Position numbers and translations under genes: made by a program. The notes beneath the pieces are model-generated. The model was not told where the DNA came from, made no database searches, and saw only the letters and a list, made by a program, of their open reading frames with translations. From Clostridium sp. CAG:492 (GTDB taxonomy: Bacteria > Bacillota > Clostridia > TANB77 > CAG-508), in assembly GCA_000434335.1 (NCBI GenBank), contig FR878223.1:4420-68419 (forward strand): DNA of 64,000 bases, written 5' to 3'. Of the stretch, positions 42,603-53,100 are shown piece after piece. Within the stretch, counting starts at the first letter, position 1. Each line of letters opens with the position of its first letter.

Positions 42603-42635
42603 TACTCTGAAGGTTGGGGTGAGCTTTTTGCAAAA

Positions 42636-43643
42636 ATGAGGGGGTTTGATTTTTTGAGTGAGTTTGATGAGAGAGTTTTGAGAACTATTAGAAAATTTAA
42701 TATGATTTGTTCTGGTGATTGTATTGTTGTGGCAGTTTCTGGGGGTCCGGATTCTATGAGCCTGCTTAGAGCTCTTATTAAGCTTAGGGAGAAGTTTAAT
42801 ATTAAATTGGTTGTGGCTCATGTTAATCATATGATTAGGGCTGTGGCTGATTCGGAAACGGAGTTTGTTAGGGGCTTTTGTGAAGATAATGATGTTGAGT
42901 GCTTTGTTAAAAAGGTTGATGTTGTAGGGCTTTCGGAAAAACTTAAGATTAGTTGTGAGGAAGCTGGTAGAAATGTTAGATATGATTTTTTTGATGAGAT
43001 TTTTGATAAGGTTGGTGCAAATAAAATTGCTATTGCTCATAATAAAAATGATAATGCTGAAACTGTGCTTATGAATATTATGAGAGGGTCTGGGGTTTCA
43101 GGTCTTAAAGGAATTGAACCTATTAGAAATGGTAAGTTTATTAGGCCTTTGATTGAAATTGATAGAAAAAGTATTGAACAGTATTGTGTTGATGAAAATC
43201 TTAATCCTAAGTTTGATGAGTCTAATAAGGAAAATGTGTATACTAGAAACAAAGTTAGAAATTTGCTTATTCCATATATTGAAAAGGAATTTAATCCTAA
43301 TATTATTGAATCAATTAGTAGATTATCGGATTTAGCAACACAAGAAAGCAATTTTGTGGATAATGTTGTTGATAAAGAGTTTAAAAATACTTTAATTTCG
43401 TACAATGAAAGTGAGATTAAGTTAGATTTAAAAAAATTCAATAACTTAGATAGTTTTATAAAAGCAAAAATAATATTAAAAAGTGTAGCTAAGCTTTTTA
43501 ATACTACAAAGGGAATAGAAAAAGTTCATATTGAAGATGTTATTAAATTATGTGAAAGAAATATAGGAAATAAATATTTGACACCTAATAAAAATTTAAA
43601 AATTTTTATAAAAAAGGGTGTGATTACTATATCTAAAGTATAA
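42636..43643 (+). CDS. tilS: tRNA(Ile)-lysidine synthase TilS (short form, 335 aa)
   Basis: PP-loop VAVSGGPDSMSL, HVNHMIR, IAHNKNDNAET. Confidence 0.9.
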   Translation: MRGFDFLSEFDERVLRTIRKFNMICSGDCIVVAVSGGPDSMSLLRALIKLREKFNIKLVVAHVNHMIRAVADSETEFVRGFCEDNDVECFVKKVDVVGLSEKLKISCEEAGRNVRYDFFDEIFDKVGANKIAIAHNKNDNAETVLMNIMRGSGVSGLKGIEPIRNGKFIRPLIEIDRKSIEQYCVDENLNPKFDESNKENVYTRNKVRNLLIPYIEKEFNPNIIESISRLSDLATQESNFVDNVVDKEFKNTLISYNESEIKLDLKKFNNLDSFIKAKIILKSVAKLFNTTKGIEKVHIEDVIKLCERNIGNKYLTPNKNLKIFIKKGVITISKV

Positions 43644-43677
43644 TGTATGTTATACTTGTAAAAAATAAAAGGAAAGG

Positions 43678-43718
43678 AATTAATAATAAATATTAATGTA
43701 AATTATTTATTATTAATT
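43678..43718. repeat. 15-bp perfect AT-only inverted repeat directly upstream of the kinase gene
   Basis: aattaataataaata (43678-43692), 11 nt, tatttattattaatt (43704-43718). Confidence 0.7.
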
Positions 43719-43733
43719 ATGTGATAATGAGCG

Positions 43734-44594
43734 ATGATTGATTTTTCAAATGCTACAGAAGAATTTAATAATTATAAGGGTTCTGAAAAAAAGAAGACCT
43801 TAATTTATAATGGAAAAAAGTATCTTGTAAAATTTCCTGATCCTATTAGAGAAAAAAATAAAAACATTTCATATATTAATAATGCGTTTTCAGAATATAT
43901 TGGAAGTAACATTTTTAAAATGATAGGGTTTGAAACTCAAAATACTATTTTAGGTAAATATAATTATAATGGAAAAGAAAAAATAGTGTGTGCTTGTGAA
44001 GATTTCACCTCTGATGATAGTGAATTATTTGAATTTGAAGGATTAGCATTAAGTACAAATCCAGATAAAAAAATAGATACTGAGTTATCTGATATAATTG
44101 ATGTTATTGAAGAATGTAAAATGATAAATTCAAGCGAGACAAAATTAAAATTTTGGAAAATGTTTGTTGTTGATGCATTAATAGGCAATACAGATAGGCA
44201 TAACGGAAATTGGGGTTTTTTGGTTAATAAAAAAACAAAACAAGTTACTTTTGCGCCTATTTATGACTGTGGATCTTGCTTAAATCCTATGATTGAAGAT
44301 AAAGAAATTGAAAGATTAAATGATACAGAACTAAAGAATTTGGCAATTAATTGTTATTCATGTTTAAAAGAAGATGGAAAGAAAATTAATTATATGGCAT
44401 ATATAAAAGGTATGAATAATGAGGACTGCAATAATGCAGTTAAAGAAATTTTTTCAAAGATTAATATAAATGAAATAAATGATTTTATTAGTGGAATAAG
44501 CTATATATCGGAGAAGAGAAAAGCTTTTTATTTAAATATAATTGAACAAAGATATACTATAATTAAAAATGTATACAAAAAGATTGAAAAGTAA
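43734..44594 (+). CDS. HipA C-terminal-domain / CtkA-like Ser/Thr protein kinase (286 aa)
   Basis: Catalytic-loop-like DALIGNTDRHNGNWGF and activation motif APIYDCGSCL. The N-terminal Gly/Lys region is KGSEKKKTLIYNGKKYLVKF. Confidence 0.75.
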   Translation: MIDFSNATEEFNNYKGSEKKKTLIYNGKKYLVKFPDPIREKNKNISYINNAFSEYIGSNIFKMIGFETQNTILGKYNYNGKEKIVCACEDFTSDDSELFEFEGLALSTNPDKKIDTELSDIIDVIEECKMINSSETKLKFWKMFVVDALIGNTDRHNGNWGFLVNKKTKQVTFAPIYDCGSCLNPMIEDKEIERLNDTELKNLAINCYSCLKEDGKKINYMAYIKGMNNEDCNNAVKEIFSKININEINDFISGISYISEKRKAFYLNIIEQRYTIIKNVYKKIEK

Positions 44595-44764
44595 TAATGT
44601 TTATGCGAACCTTGTAATTGTGAAACTTTTGTGTAAATGCTTGAATTGTAAATGAAACTATGTTATATAATATATTTGAGTAAAAATATATTTTGTATGT
44701 TATTATAATTAGGAAAAATTCGTTTTAACTAATGAAAAATACTAACATAAAAGGAGGAAATGAT

Positions 44765-46564
44765 TTGAAAAATGGCATAAAAACATTAGCCGTATGGTTA
44801 ATTATAGGAGTAATTTTAATTGTTGGAGTTACGGCAATATATGATAATTCAGACAGAAAGTTTACGTACTCAGAACTTGTTTCAAAAATTGAGGCAGGGC
44901 AAGTTTCAACAATTGATATTAATGCAGATGGATATTCTGCAATGGTAGAATTTAATGATGGAACATCACAAAAAAAAGTAAATATACCAGATTTAAAAAG
45001 TTTTATGGATAATGTTCAAGAACCTATGAAAGAAGGCAAAATAACAGTTGAACAAGAATCTCAATCTGTATGGGTTACAATTTTTTCAGTAATAGCTCCA
45101 CTTGGATTATTAATAATATTTTTAATATTTTGGTTTATATCTATGGGAGGAAGACAGACTGGTAATAAAACAATGTCTTTTGGAAAAAGTAGAGCAAGAG
45201 TTGTAAATCAAGATGATAAAAATAAAATAACATTTAACGATGTTGCAGGTGTTGATGAGGAAAAACAAGAATTACAAGAAATCGTAGATTTCTTAAAAAA
45301 TCCTAAAAAATTCACAGATATGGGTGCTAGAATTCCAAAAGGTGTTTTATTAGTAGGTCACCCTGGAACTGGTAAAACTTTACTTGCTAAGGCTGTTGCA
45401 GGAGAAGCAGGAGTTCCATTCTTTATCATAAGTGGTTCAGATTTCGTAGAAATGTTTGTTGGTGTTGGTGCATCACGTGTTAGAGATTTATTTGAACAAG
45501 CTAAAAAGAATGCTCCTTGTATAATATTTATAGATGAAATTGATGCAGTTGGTAGACAAAGAGGTGCTGGCCTTGGTGGAGGTCATGATGAAAGAGAGCA
45601 AACATTAAATCAATTATTAGTTGAAATGGATGGTTTTGCTTTAAATGAAGGTGTAATAGTTATGGCTGCTACAAACAGACCAGATGTATTAGACAAAGCT
45701 TTATTAAGACCAGGTAGATTTGACAGACAAATAGTAGTTTCTCAACCAGATGTAAAAGCAAGAGAGCAAATATTAGAAGTTCATGCAAGAAAGAAGAGAT
45801 TGTCAGCAGATGTTGATTTAAGAATTATTGCTAAAAATACATCAGGATTTTCAGGTGCTGATCTTGAAAATGTATTAAATGAAGCAGCTTTATTAGCAGC
45901 AAGAAATAATGAAACAGAAATTACAATGAAAAACGTTGAAGATGCAATGGTTAAAGTAACAATGGGACCTGAAAAGAAGAGCAGAGTAAGAAGTGAAAAA
46001 GAAAATAAATTAGTTGCATATCATGAAGCTGGTCATGCTGTTGTAAGTAGATTTTTACCTACACAAGATGCAGTTCATCAAATATCAATTGTTCCAAGAG
46101 GAATGGCTGGAGGATATACAATGTATAGACCAAATGAAGATAAATCATTTATGTCTAAAGGTGAAATGCAAGAGAATATTATTTCATTATTGGGGGGACG
46201 AGTTGCTGAAAAATTAATATTAGATGATATTTCAACAGGCGCAAGCAATGATATTGAAAGAGCAACAAAAATTGCTAGAGCAATGGTTACACAATATGGT
46301 ATGAGTGATAGAATTGGACCTATGACATTAGGTGTAGGACAAGAAGAAGTATTTTTAGGAAGAGATTTAGCTCAATCAAAGGAATATTCAGAAGAAACTG
46401 CAAGTGTAATTGATGAAGAAGTAAAATCTATAATAGATACAGCATATAAAACAGCAGAGGAAATATTAAGAAGAAATATAGATAAACTACACGCTGTTGC
46501 TGGAGTATTATTAGAAAAAGAAAAAATTGACGGAGATGAATTCGAAGCAATATTTAAGGAATAA
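44765..46564 (+). CDS. ftsH: ATP-dependent zinc metalloprotease FtsH
   Basis: Two TM helices, Walker [17 protein letters not shown], and HEAGHA zinc site. A strong RBS (aaaggagga) favours the TTG at 44765. The track start (ATG at 44732) is an alternative. Confidence 0.95.
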   Translation: MKNGIKTLAVWLIIGVILIVGVTAIYDNSDRKFTYSELVSKIEAGQVSTIDINADGYSAMVEFNDGTSQKKVNIPDLKSFMDNVQEPMKEGKITVEQESQSVWVTIFSVIAPLGLLIIFLIFWFISMGGRQTGNKTMSFGKSRARVVNQDDKNKITFNDVAGVDEEKQELQEIVDFLKNPKKFTDMGARIPKGVLLVGHPGTGKTLLAKAVAGEAGVPFFIISGSDFVEMFVGVGASRVRDLFEQAKKNAPCIIFIDEIDAVGRQRGAGLGGGHDEREQTLNQLLVEMDGFALNEGVIVMAATNRPDVLDKALLRPGRFDRQIVVSQPDVKAREQILEVHARKKRLSADVDLRIIAKNTSGFSGADLENVLNEAALLAARNNETEITMKNVEDAMVKVTMGPEKKSRVRSEKENKLVAYHEAGHAVVSRFLPTQDAVHQISIVPRGMAGGYTMYRPNEDKSFMSKGEMQENIISLLGGRVAEKLILDDISTGASNDIERATKIARAMVTQYGMSDRIGPMTLGVGQEEVFLGRDLAQSKEYSEETASVIDEEVKSIIDTAYKTAEEILRRNIDKLHAVAGVLLEKEKIDGDEFEAIFKE

Positions 46565-46571
46565 AATAATA

Positions 46572-46621
46572 AATATATCCAATAGAAATGGAAATAATTT
46601 CATACTATTGGATATATTTTT
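46572..46621 (+). terminator. Terminator after ftsH
   Basis: aatatatccaatag (46572-46585) pairs with ctattggatatatt (46605-46618), followed by ttt. Confidence 0.75.
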
Positions 46622-46624
46622 GTA

Positions 46625-46653
46625 TTGACTAGAAGACATAAAAATGTTACAAT
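46625..46653 (+). promoter_or_regulatory. Near-consensus sigma-A promoter of the orphan gene
   Basis: TTGACT (46625-46630), 17 nt, TACAAT (46648-46653). Confidence 0.6.
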
Positions 46654-46684
46654 ATTAATATAACATTTGAAAGGAGGGTCGAAA

Positions 46685-47119
46685 ATGCCAGGACGAATCT
46701 TCTATCCGGCAAGAGCTAGTCAAAGTATTTTTCCTTGTATCGCAGCAACAAAAAAGCGGGATTGGAAAAATCTACCAAAATCTAAGGTTGCAATTGAGCT
46801 AGTTCAATTGTTGATATCAATATTGACAATGTCAGTACCAGCAAATGAATTGGCAAAAACCTTTAGAGAAATTCCTTTGGAGAAATTACCAAAACACCAA
46901 TATGAAACCATGGGATACGGAAACGTAATAGATATTTATAAAATACAGTTTCCGAGTAACGAATCCGAAGAAATGATTTATAAGTGTGAGTTTCACGTAA
47001 GAAGTCAAGGAGGTTACGCGATACTAAAGGATGGCCTGGTTATCGAACAGAGGAAGTTTAAAAACCAGGAATTAAAAAATTTTTTAGAAGATTTCGCGAA
47101 GATTTACTTCGGCGACTAG
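46685..47119 (+). CDS. Hypothetical protein (144 aa), compositionally foreign, no recognisable family
   Basis: RBS aaaggaggg precedes the ATG at 46685. It is visibly more GC-rich than its surroundings and uses codons that are rare elsewhere here (cga, ccg, gcg, cgg, ctg, gac). Confidence 0.7.
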   Translation: MPGRIFYPARASQSIFPCIAATKKRDWKNLPKSKVAIELVQLLISILTMSVPANELAKTFREIPLEKLPKHQYETMGYGNVIDIYKIQFPSNESEEMIYKCEFHVRSQGGYAILKDGLVIEQRKFKNQELKNFLEDFAKIYFGD

Positions 47120-47125
47120 CAGAAA

Positions 47126-47156
47126 GGGGGGGCAAAGTAGTTATAACTTGCCCCCC
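47126..47156 (+). terminator. GC-rich hairpin after the orphan gene
   Basis: ggggggcaaagt pairs with acttgcccccc (one bulge). No clear U-tract follows. Confidence 0.5.
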
Positions 47157-47338
47157 TGACCCTATTTAAGAGCGTTTTTGTATTAAGAGTTACATTTGCA
47201 TTGAGTTAAAGCTAATAATTATTTGTAATATTTTATAAAGAATATATAAATATTTATTGTTAACCACTTGCAAATTCAATATATTTATGGTAGAATAGCT
47301 TTTGTTAAAACAAAATAGCAAGAGGAGGTGCAACATAA

Positions 47339-47605
47339 ATGCCAAATATCAAATCAGCAATCAAACGTGTTTCAGTTATCGAAAAGAAAACTGCAAGAAA
47401 CAACATGATTAAATCAGGATATAAATCAGCTGTTAAAAAATTTGAACAATCTTTAGAAAACAATAATGCAGAAGAGACAAAAGTATTATTCTCAGAAGCA
47501 ACTAAAAAAATAGATCAAGCTTGTACAAAAGGTGTTTTAACAAAAAACACAGCAGCTAGAAAAAAATCAAACTTATCAAAAAAATTAAATGCAGCTAATG
47601 CGTAA
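47339..47605 (+). CDS. rpsT: 30S ribosomal protein S20
   Basis: MPNIKSAIKRV..., 88 aa, basic. RBS agaggagg. Confidence 0.95.
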   Translation: MPNIKSAIKRVSVIEKKTARNNMIKSGYKSAVKKFEQSLENNNAEETKVLFSEATKKIDQACTKGVLTKNTAARKKSNLSKKLNAANA

Positions 47606-47640
47606 TGAGTTAAAAAATTGTGCACAGTTTTTTAACAATA

Positions 47641-47664
47641 AAAGAGCATAGGCTCTTTTTTTTT
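47641..47664 (+). terminator. Terminator after rpsT
   Basis: aaagagc pairs with gctcttt and is followed by a T-run. Confidence 0.7.
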
Positions 47665-47954
47665 GTATTATAAAAATATTATACGGTTGTTTGATGTAAT
47701 AAAAAATAAACTGGCTAAATTTATATTTTTAATTATGTATTCTGTTTAAAAGTTTATAAATATATATCTGTGATATATTCAAGGATATAATTAAAAAAGT
47801 AAATTGTAGTTTTTTTGAATTTTATGTCGATAAAAAATTCAATAAACCTATTGAAAAATTTTTTAAACTAGTCTAGAATAAAATAACATGAATAAGAATT
47901 TGACAAATAAAAAATTTAATATATACTAAAACAAATAAGAAAAAGGAGAAAGTT

Positions 47955-50033
47955 ATGGCAAATAGATTAATAATTGTGGAATCACCTGCAAAAGCAAGCA
48001 CAATAACCAAATTTATAGGCGGAAGTACTAAAGTTATGGCATCTATGGGACATATACGTGATTTACCAAAATCAAAATTAGGTGTGGATGTTGATAATAA
48101 TTTTGAACCTCAATATATAAATATTCGTGGAAAAGCAGCATTAATTAAAAGTTTAAAAAAAGAAGCAAATGCCGCAAAAACTGTGTACCTCGCAACTGAC
48201 CCTGATCGTGAAGGAGAAGCAATAGCGTGGCATTTAGCGTACTTACTTAATATATCACCAGAAAGTTTATGTAGAGTAACTTTCAATGAAATAACAAAAA
48301 AAGCAGTTCAAGAGTCTATAAAAAAACCAAGACAAATTGATAAAAATTTATTTGATGCGCAACAAGCAAGAAGAGTTTTAGATAGAATAGTTGGTTATAA
48401 AATAAGTCCAGTGTTATGGAAAAAAGTAAAAAAAGGGCTATCTGCAGGTAGAGTTCAGTCTGTTGTAGTAAAATTAATTGTAGATAGAGAAGATGAAATA
48501 GAAGCTTTTATTCCAGAAGAATATTGGAATATTTATGCAAATTTGCTAGCAGATGGTGCAAAAAGATCTTTTGAAGCAAAACTTACTGGAAAAAATGATA
48601 AAAAAATAGAGCTAAAAAATAAAGAGCAAGTTGATGAAATTTTAAGTGATTTACAAAAATCAGATTTCATAGTGAAAGATATAAAAAAAGGTCAGAAAAA
48701 AAGAAATCCTGCACCACCATTTACTACAAGTACAATGGGTCAAGAGGCTTCAAGAAAATTAGGATTTACACTAAAGAAAACAATGTCTGTTGCACAAGGG
48801 TTATATGAAGGTGTAAAAGTTCCTGAAAAAGGTGTGGTAGGTTTAATTACATATATGAGAACTGATTCAACAAGAATTTCAGAAGAAGCAAGAGCTGCTT
48901 CAAAAATATACATTGAAGATACATATGGAACTGCATATTATGAAAATAGATATTTTAAAACAAAACAAGGTGCACAAGATGCGCATGAGGCAATAAGACC
49001 AACATATGTCGATTTAACGCCAGAAAAAGTAAAATCATCATTAACAAATGATCAATATAAATTATATAACTTAATATATAATAGATTTATTGCAAGCCAA
49101 ATGTCTTCAGCAGAATATGATACAATTTCTGTTACTATAAATGCTGGGAAATATAATTTTAAGGCAAATGGACAAAGCATTAAATTTAAAGGATTTATGA
49201 AATTATATGTAGAAACAAAAGATCAAGATAATGGTGAAGATGATGAGTTGTTATTACCATCATTAGAGCTAAATCAAAAATTAAAAAATGAAAAAATAGA
49301 TACAAAACAAAGTTTTACAGAGCCACCACCACGTTACACAGAAGCAAGTATAGTAAAGGTTTTGGAAGAAAAAGGAATAGGTAGACCTAGTACATATGCT
49401 CCAACAATTTCAACAATTTTAGATCGTAGATATATTGAAAAAGAGCAAAAACAATTAGTTCCAACAGATCTTGGAAAAATCGTAAATAAATTATTAATAG
49501 AAAATTTTAGTGATGTTATAAATGTGGCCTTTACTGCAAAAATAGAAGAAGAATTTGATGAAATTGCAGAAGGAAAAGAAAATTGGAAAGAAGTAATATC
49601 AGAGTTTTATGGTCCGTTTGAGGAAAATGTGGAAAGAGTGGAAAAAGAGCTAGAGCATGTTCAATTAGTAGAAGAAGTTTCAGATGTTCCTTGCGAAAAA
49701 TGTGGGCGTATGATGGTAATAAAATATGGCAGATATGGTAAATTTTTGGCGTGTCCAGGATTTCCAGAGTGTAAAAATGCAAAGCCAATAATAGAAACAA
49801 TTGATGTTCCTTGCCCAGTTTGTGGAGGTACTGTTCAAGTAAAAAAATCAAGACGAGGAAGAAAATTTTATGTATGTGAAAACAATCCAGAATCTTGCCA
49901 ATACATATCTTGGAATAAGCCAAAAATAGGCGAAAAGTGGGAACCAAAAGAAGATAAACCTGATACAGAAAAAAAGAAAACAACAAAAAGAAAGACTAAA
50001 AAGACAGCGAAAAAAAAGAAAACAAACAAATAA
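47955..50033 (+). CDS. topA: DNA topoisomerase I
   Basis: TOPRIM start LIIVESPAKA, DPDREGEAIAWH, active-site region YMRTDS, two C-terminal Cys4 zinc ribbons, and a Lys-rich tail. Confidence 0.97.
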   Translation: MANRLIIVESPAKASTITKFIGGSTKVMASMGHIRDLPKSKLGVDVDNNFEPQYINIRGKAALIKSLKKEANAAKTVYLATDPDREGEAIAWHLAYLLNISPESLCRVTFNEITKKAVQESIKKPRQIDKNLFDAQQARRVLDRIVGYKISPVLWKKVKKGLSAGRVQSVVVKLIVDREDEIEAFIPEEYWNIYANLLADGAKRSFEAKLTGKNDKKIELKNKEQVDEILSDLQKSDFIVKDIKKGQKKRNPAPPFTTSTMGQEASRKLGFTLKKTMSVAQGLYEGVKVPEKGVVGLITYMRTDSTRISEEARAASKIYIEDTYGTAYYENRYFKTKQGAQDAHEAIRPTYVDLTPEKVKSSLTNDQYKLYNLIYNRFIASQMSSAEYDTISVTINAGKYNFKANGQSIKFKGFMKLYVETKDQDNGEDDELLLPSLELNQKLKNEKIDTKQSFTEPPPRYTEASIVKVLEEKGIGRPSTYAPTISTILDRRYIEKEQKQLVPTDLGKIVNKLLIENFSDVINVAFTAKIEEEFDEIAEGKENWKEVISEFYGPFEENVERVEKELEHVQLVEEVSDVPCEKCGRMMVIKYGRYGKFLACPGFPECKNAKPIIETIDVPCPVCGGTVQVKKSRRGRKFYVCENNPESCQYISWNKPKIGEKWEPKEDKPDTEKKKTTKRKTKKTAKKKKTNK

Positions 50034-50043
50034 TAATTGTACA

Positions 50044-50073
50044 AAAAAGCAGAGCAATATCTGCTTTTTTTTT
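50044..50073 (+). terminator. Terminator after topA
   Basis: aaaagcaga pairs with tctgctttt and is followed by a T-run. Confidence 0.7.
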
Positions 50074-50160
50074 GAACGAATTTTATTCAATACTTCACTT
50101 GATATATGAATTAATATATAGTATAATAGCAGAATGTAAAAAGAGAAGAGGGAGTATGTC

Positions 50161-53100
50161 ATGTTAGTTAGTAAAGATATAATAAATGATTTATACAATA
50201 ATATAAGTGAAGAAAAATTAAAACTTGCTAAAAAATATAATGATGAAAACAAAATAAAAATCATAAAAGCGACTTATGATGATAATAAAAACTTTGAATT
50301 ACATGCAAAAGCTAATGGTCATAGGGATACTCACGATATTTTTGTTAAAGCACTAAAGAACGAAATTGTAGATGTAAAATGCACATGTAAAGAATATAAG
50401 TCAACTTATGAATCTTGTAGTCATATTATAGCTACTATATTAAAGTTTGCAAATAGTACAGAATATTCTAATATATTTGAAAAACAAGATAAAAAAGATA
50501 CACGATTTTACGATAGAACGAATAAATATAAAACTTTTAATCAAATTATTAATACATTTTATGACGAACTATGTGCACAAGAGCAAGAAACAAAAACTAG
50601 TGCAAAAATTACAACAGATTTAATTGAAATAGAGCCAAAAATTATTTATGATACACAAAACAAAGAAATGTCTGTTGAATTTAAGTTGGGAAATGGAAAG
50701 AATTCCTATAAAATAAAAAATTTAATAACATTCTATGATACTTTCTTAAATGAAGGTACATTTAAGTATGGTCAAAAATTAGAGTTTAAACATACACGCT
50801 CAATATTTAGAAACAAAGATTTAAAATTACTAGATTTTCTTTTAAAATATTCAGAAATAATTAAATATACTAATGAATCAATCGGGCAACAACGTTATTA
50901 TGGGAAAGTTATGAATGAAAGCTCTATAATAATATCTAACACATGTTTAGATGAAATGTTTGATGTTTTTGATGGTGAATATATAAAAATAAAAAAAGAT
51001 TATAATGAAGATAAAATATTATTTTTAAATGAAGCACCAGATATTAAGTTTATATTAGAAGAAGAAAATGAAAAGGAATATAAACTATATCCTAATATAG
51101 ATATATATAATTATGATGTTTTATATGGAAAAAAATATTTATATATGATTATTGAAGATGTAATTTATAGATGTCCAATGGATTTTAAAAATTCAATTTT
51201 AAAATTATTGGAATTATTTAAAAATAACTTTACTAAAGAAATTTTGTTTAAAAAGACAGATATACCAAAGTTATTTTCATTAGTAGTACCAAGTATAAAA
51301 AAGAATCTTGAAGTAAAAAATGTAAATACAGAAGAGCTTGAAAAATACATACCACAGGAGTTATATGTAAAAGTTTATTTGGATTCTAATGAAAGTAATT
51401 TTATAACAGCAGATATAAAATTTGGATATAAAGATTTTGAATTTAATCCACTAATTGAAAATAAAAGTATAAAAATTCCAAGAGATGTTGTTAAAGAAAC
51501 TAAAACACTAGAAACTTTTATACAAACAGGTTTTATGTTAGATCAACAAAATGGTAGATTAGTATTAACTGATGATGAAAAAATATATAATTTTCTATCA
51601 GAAGAAATTATGTATTATATGAAAAATTTTGAAATTTTAGCAACAGATGCTTTTAAAAAGAAAGAGATAAGACATCCTAAAATTTCAAATATTGGAATAA
51701 AAATTGAAAATAATTTATTAAAAATAAATTTAAGTGAATTTAATTTTTCACCATCTGAACTTGCAGAAATAATGGAAAAATATAAATTAAGAAAAAAATA
51801 TTATAAGTTAACAGATGGAAGTTTTATTGATTTAGAAGAAAATGAAACTTTAGATTTTTTAGAAAAATTAAATATTGATGGTTCATTAAATTATGAAGAT
51901 TTAGAATCTGGAGAGCTAGATTTACCTGTATATAGAACATTATATTTAGATAAATTGCTAAAAGGTACTAGTATGAATGTTTATAAAAGCAAGGAATATA
52001 AAGACTTAATAAATGATATTCAAAATGTAAATGATGAGTATATTAAAATACCAAAAGGTTTAAATGCTACATTAAGAAGGTATCAAGAAATTGGTTATAA
52101 ATGGCTGAAAACATTAGATATGTACGGATTAGGCGGTATTCTTGCTGATGATATGGGTCTTGGAAAAACATTACAAGTAATTAGTTTATTATTAGATTAT
52201 AATGAAAATAGTGATGAAAAAAGAACAAGTATGGTTGTATGCCCAAGCTCTTTAGCTTTAAATTGGTTTAATGAAATAAATAAATTTGCACCAACATTAA
52301 AAACAACTGTTATTGCAGGAAATGCAGAAGAGCGAAAAAGATTAATTCAAAAATTACAAGATTATGATATAATAATAACTTCATATGATTTATTAAAACG
52401 TGATGTAGATACATATACAGAAATAAATTATGAATATAAATTTATAATTGCCGATGAAGCTCAATATATAAAAAATAACAATACACAAAATTTTAAAGCA
52501 ATAAAGAAAATCAAAGCGCAAACAAAATTTGCTTTAACAGGAACTCCAATTGAAAACTCACTTGCTGAACTATGGTCAATATTCGATTTTTCAATGCCTG
52601 GTTATTTATATAGTTATAGAAAATTTAAAGAGTCATTTGAAACACCAATTATAAAAGAAGAAGACACATATAAAATGAGCAAACTTAAAATGTTAATTGA
52701 ACCATTTATTTTAAGAAGAATAAAAGAAGAAGTTTTAACTGAATTACCAGAAAAAACAGTTACTGTTTTAAATAGTGAAATGGAAGAAGAGCAACAAAAA
52801 TTATATATGTCATATATGTCAAAAGCAAGAGAAGAAGTTGAAAATGAACTTATTGCAAGTGGTTTTGAAAAAAATCAAATGAAGATATTAGCACTATTAA
52901 TGAGATTAAGACAAATATGTTGTCATCCAAAGCTTTTTATTGATAATTATGATGGCGGAAGTGGAAAATTAAATCAATGTATGGAAATCATAAAAGATGC
53001 TGTACAAGGAAACCATAAAATACTTTTATTTTCTGGATATACATCAATGTTTGATATAATAGAAAAAGAGCTTGAAAAAGAAGATATTAAATATTTCAAA

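Noticed and set aside
42372-43040. 222-aa antisense ORF across the dnaB 3' end and tilS. A 132-aa antisense ORF in dpaA (26831-27229) is similar.
   Set aside because: Both are by-products of the local G/T-ending codon usage, which depletes TTA/CTA/TCA on the sense strand. There are no translation signals and the products are low-complexity.
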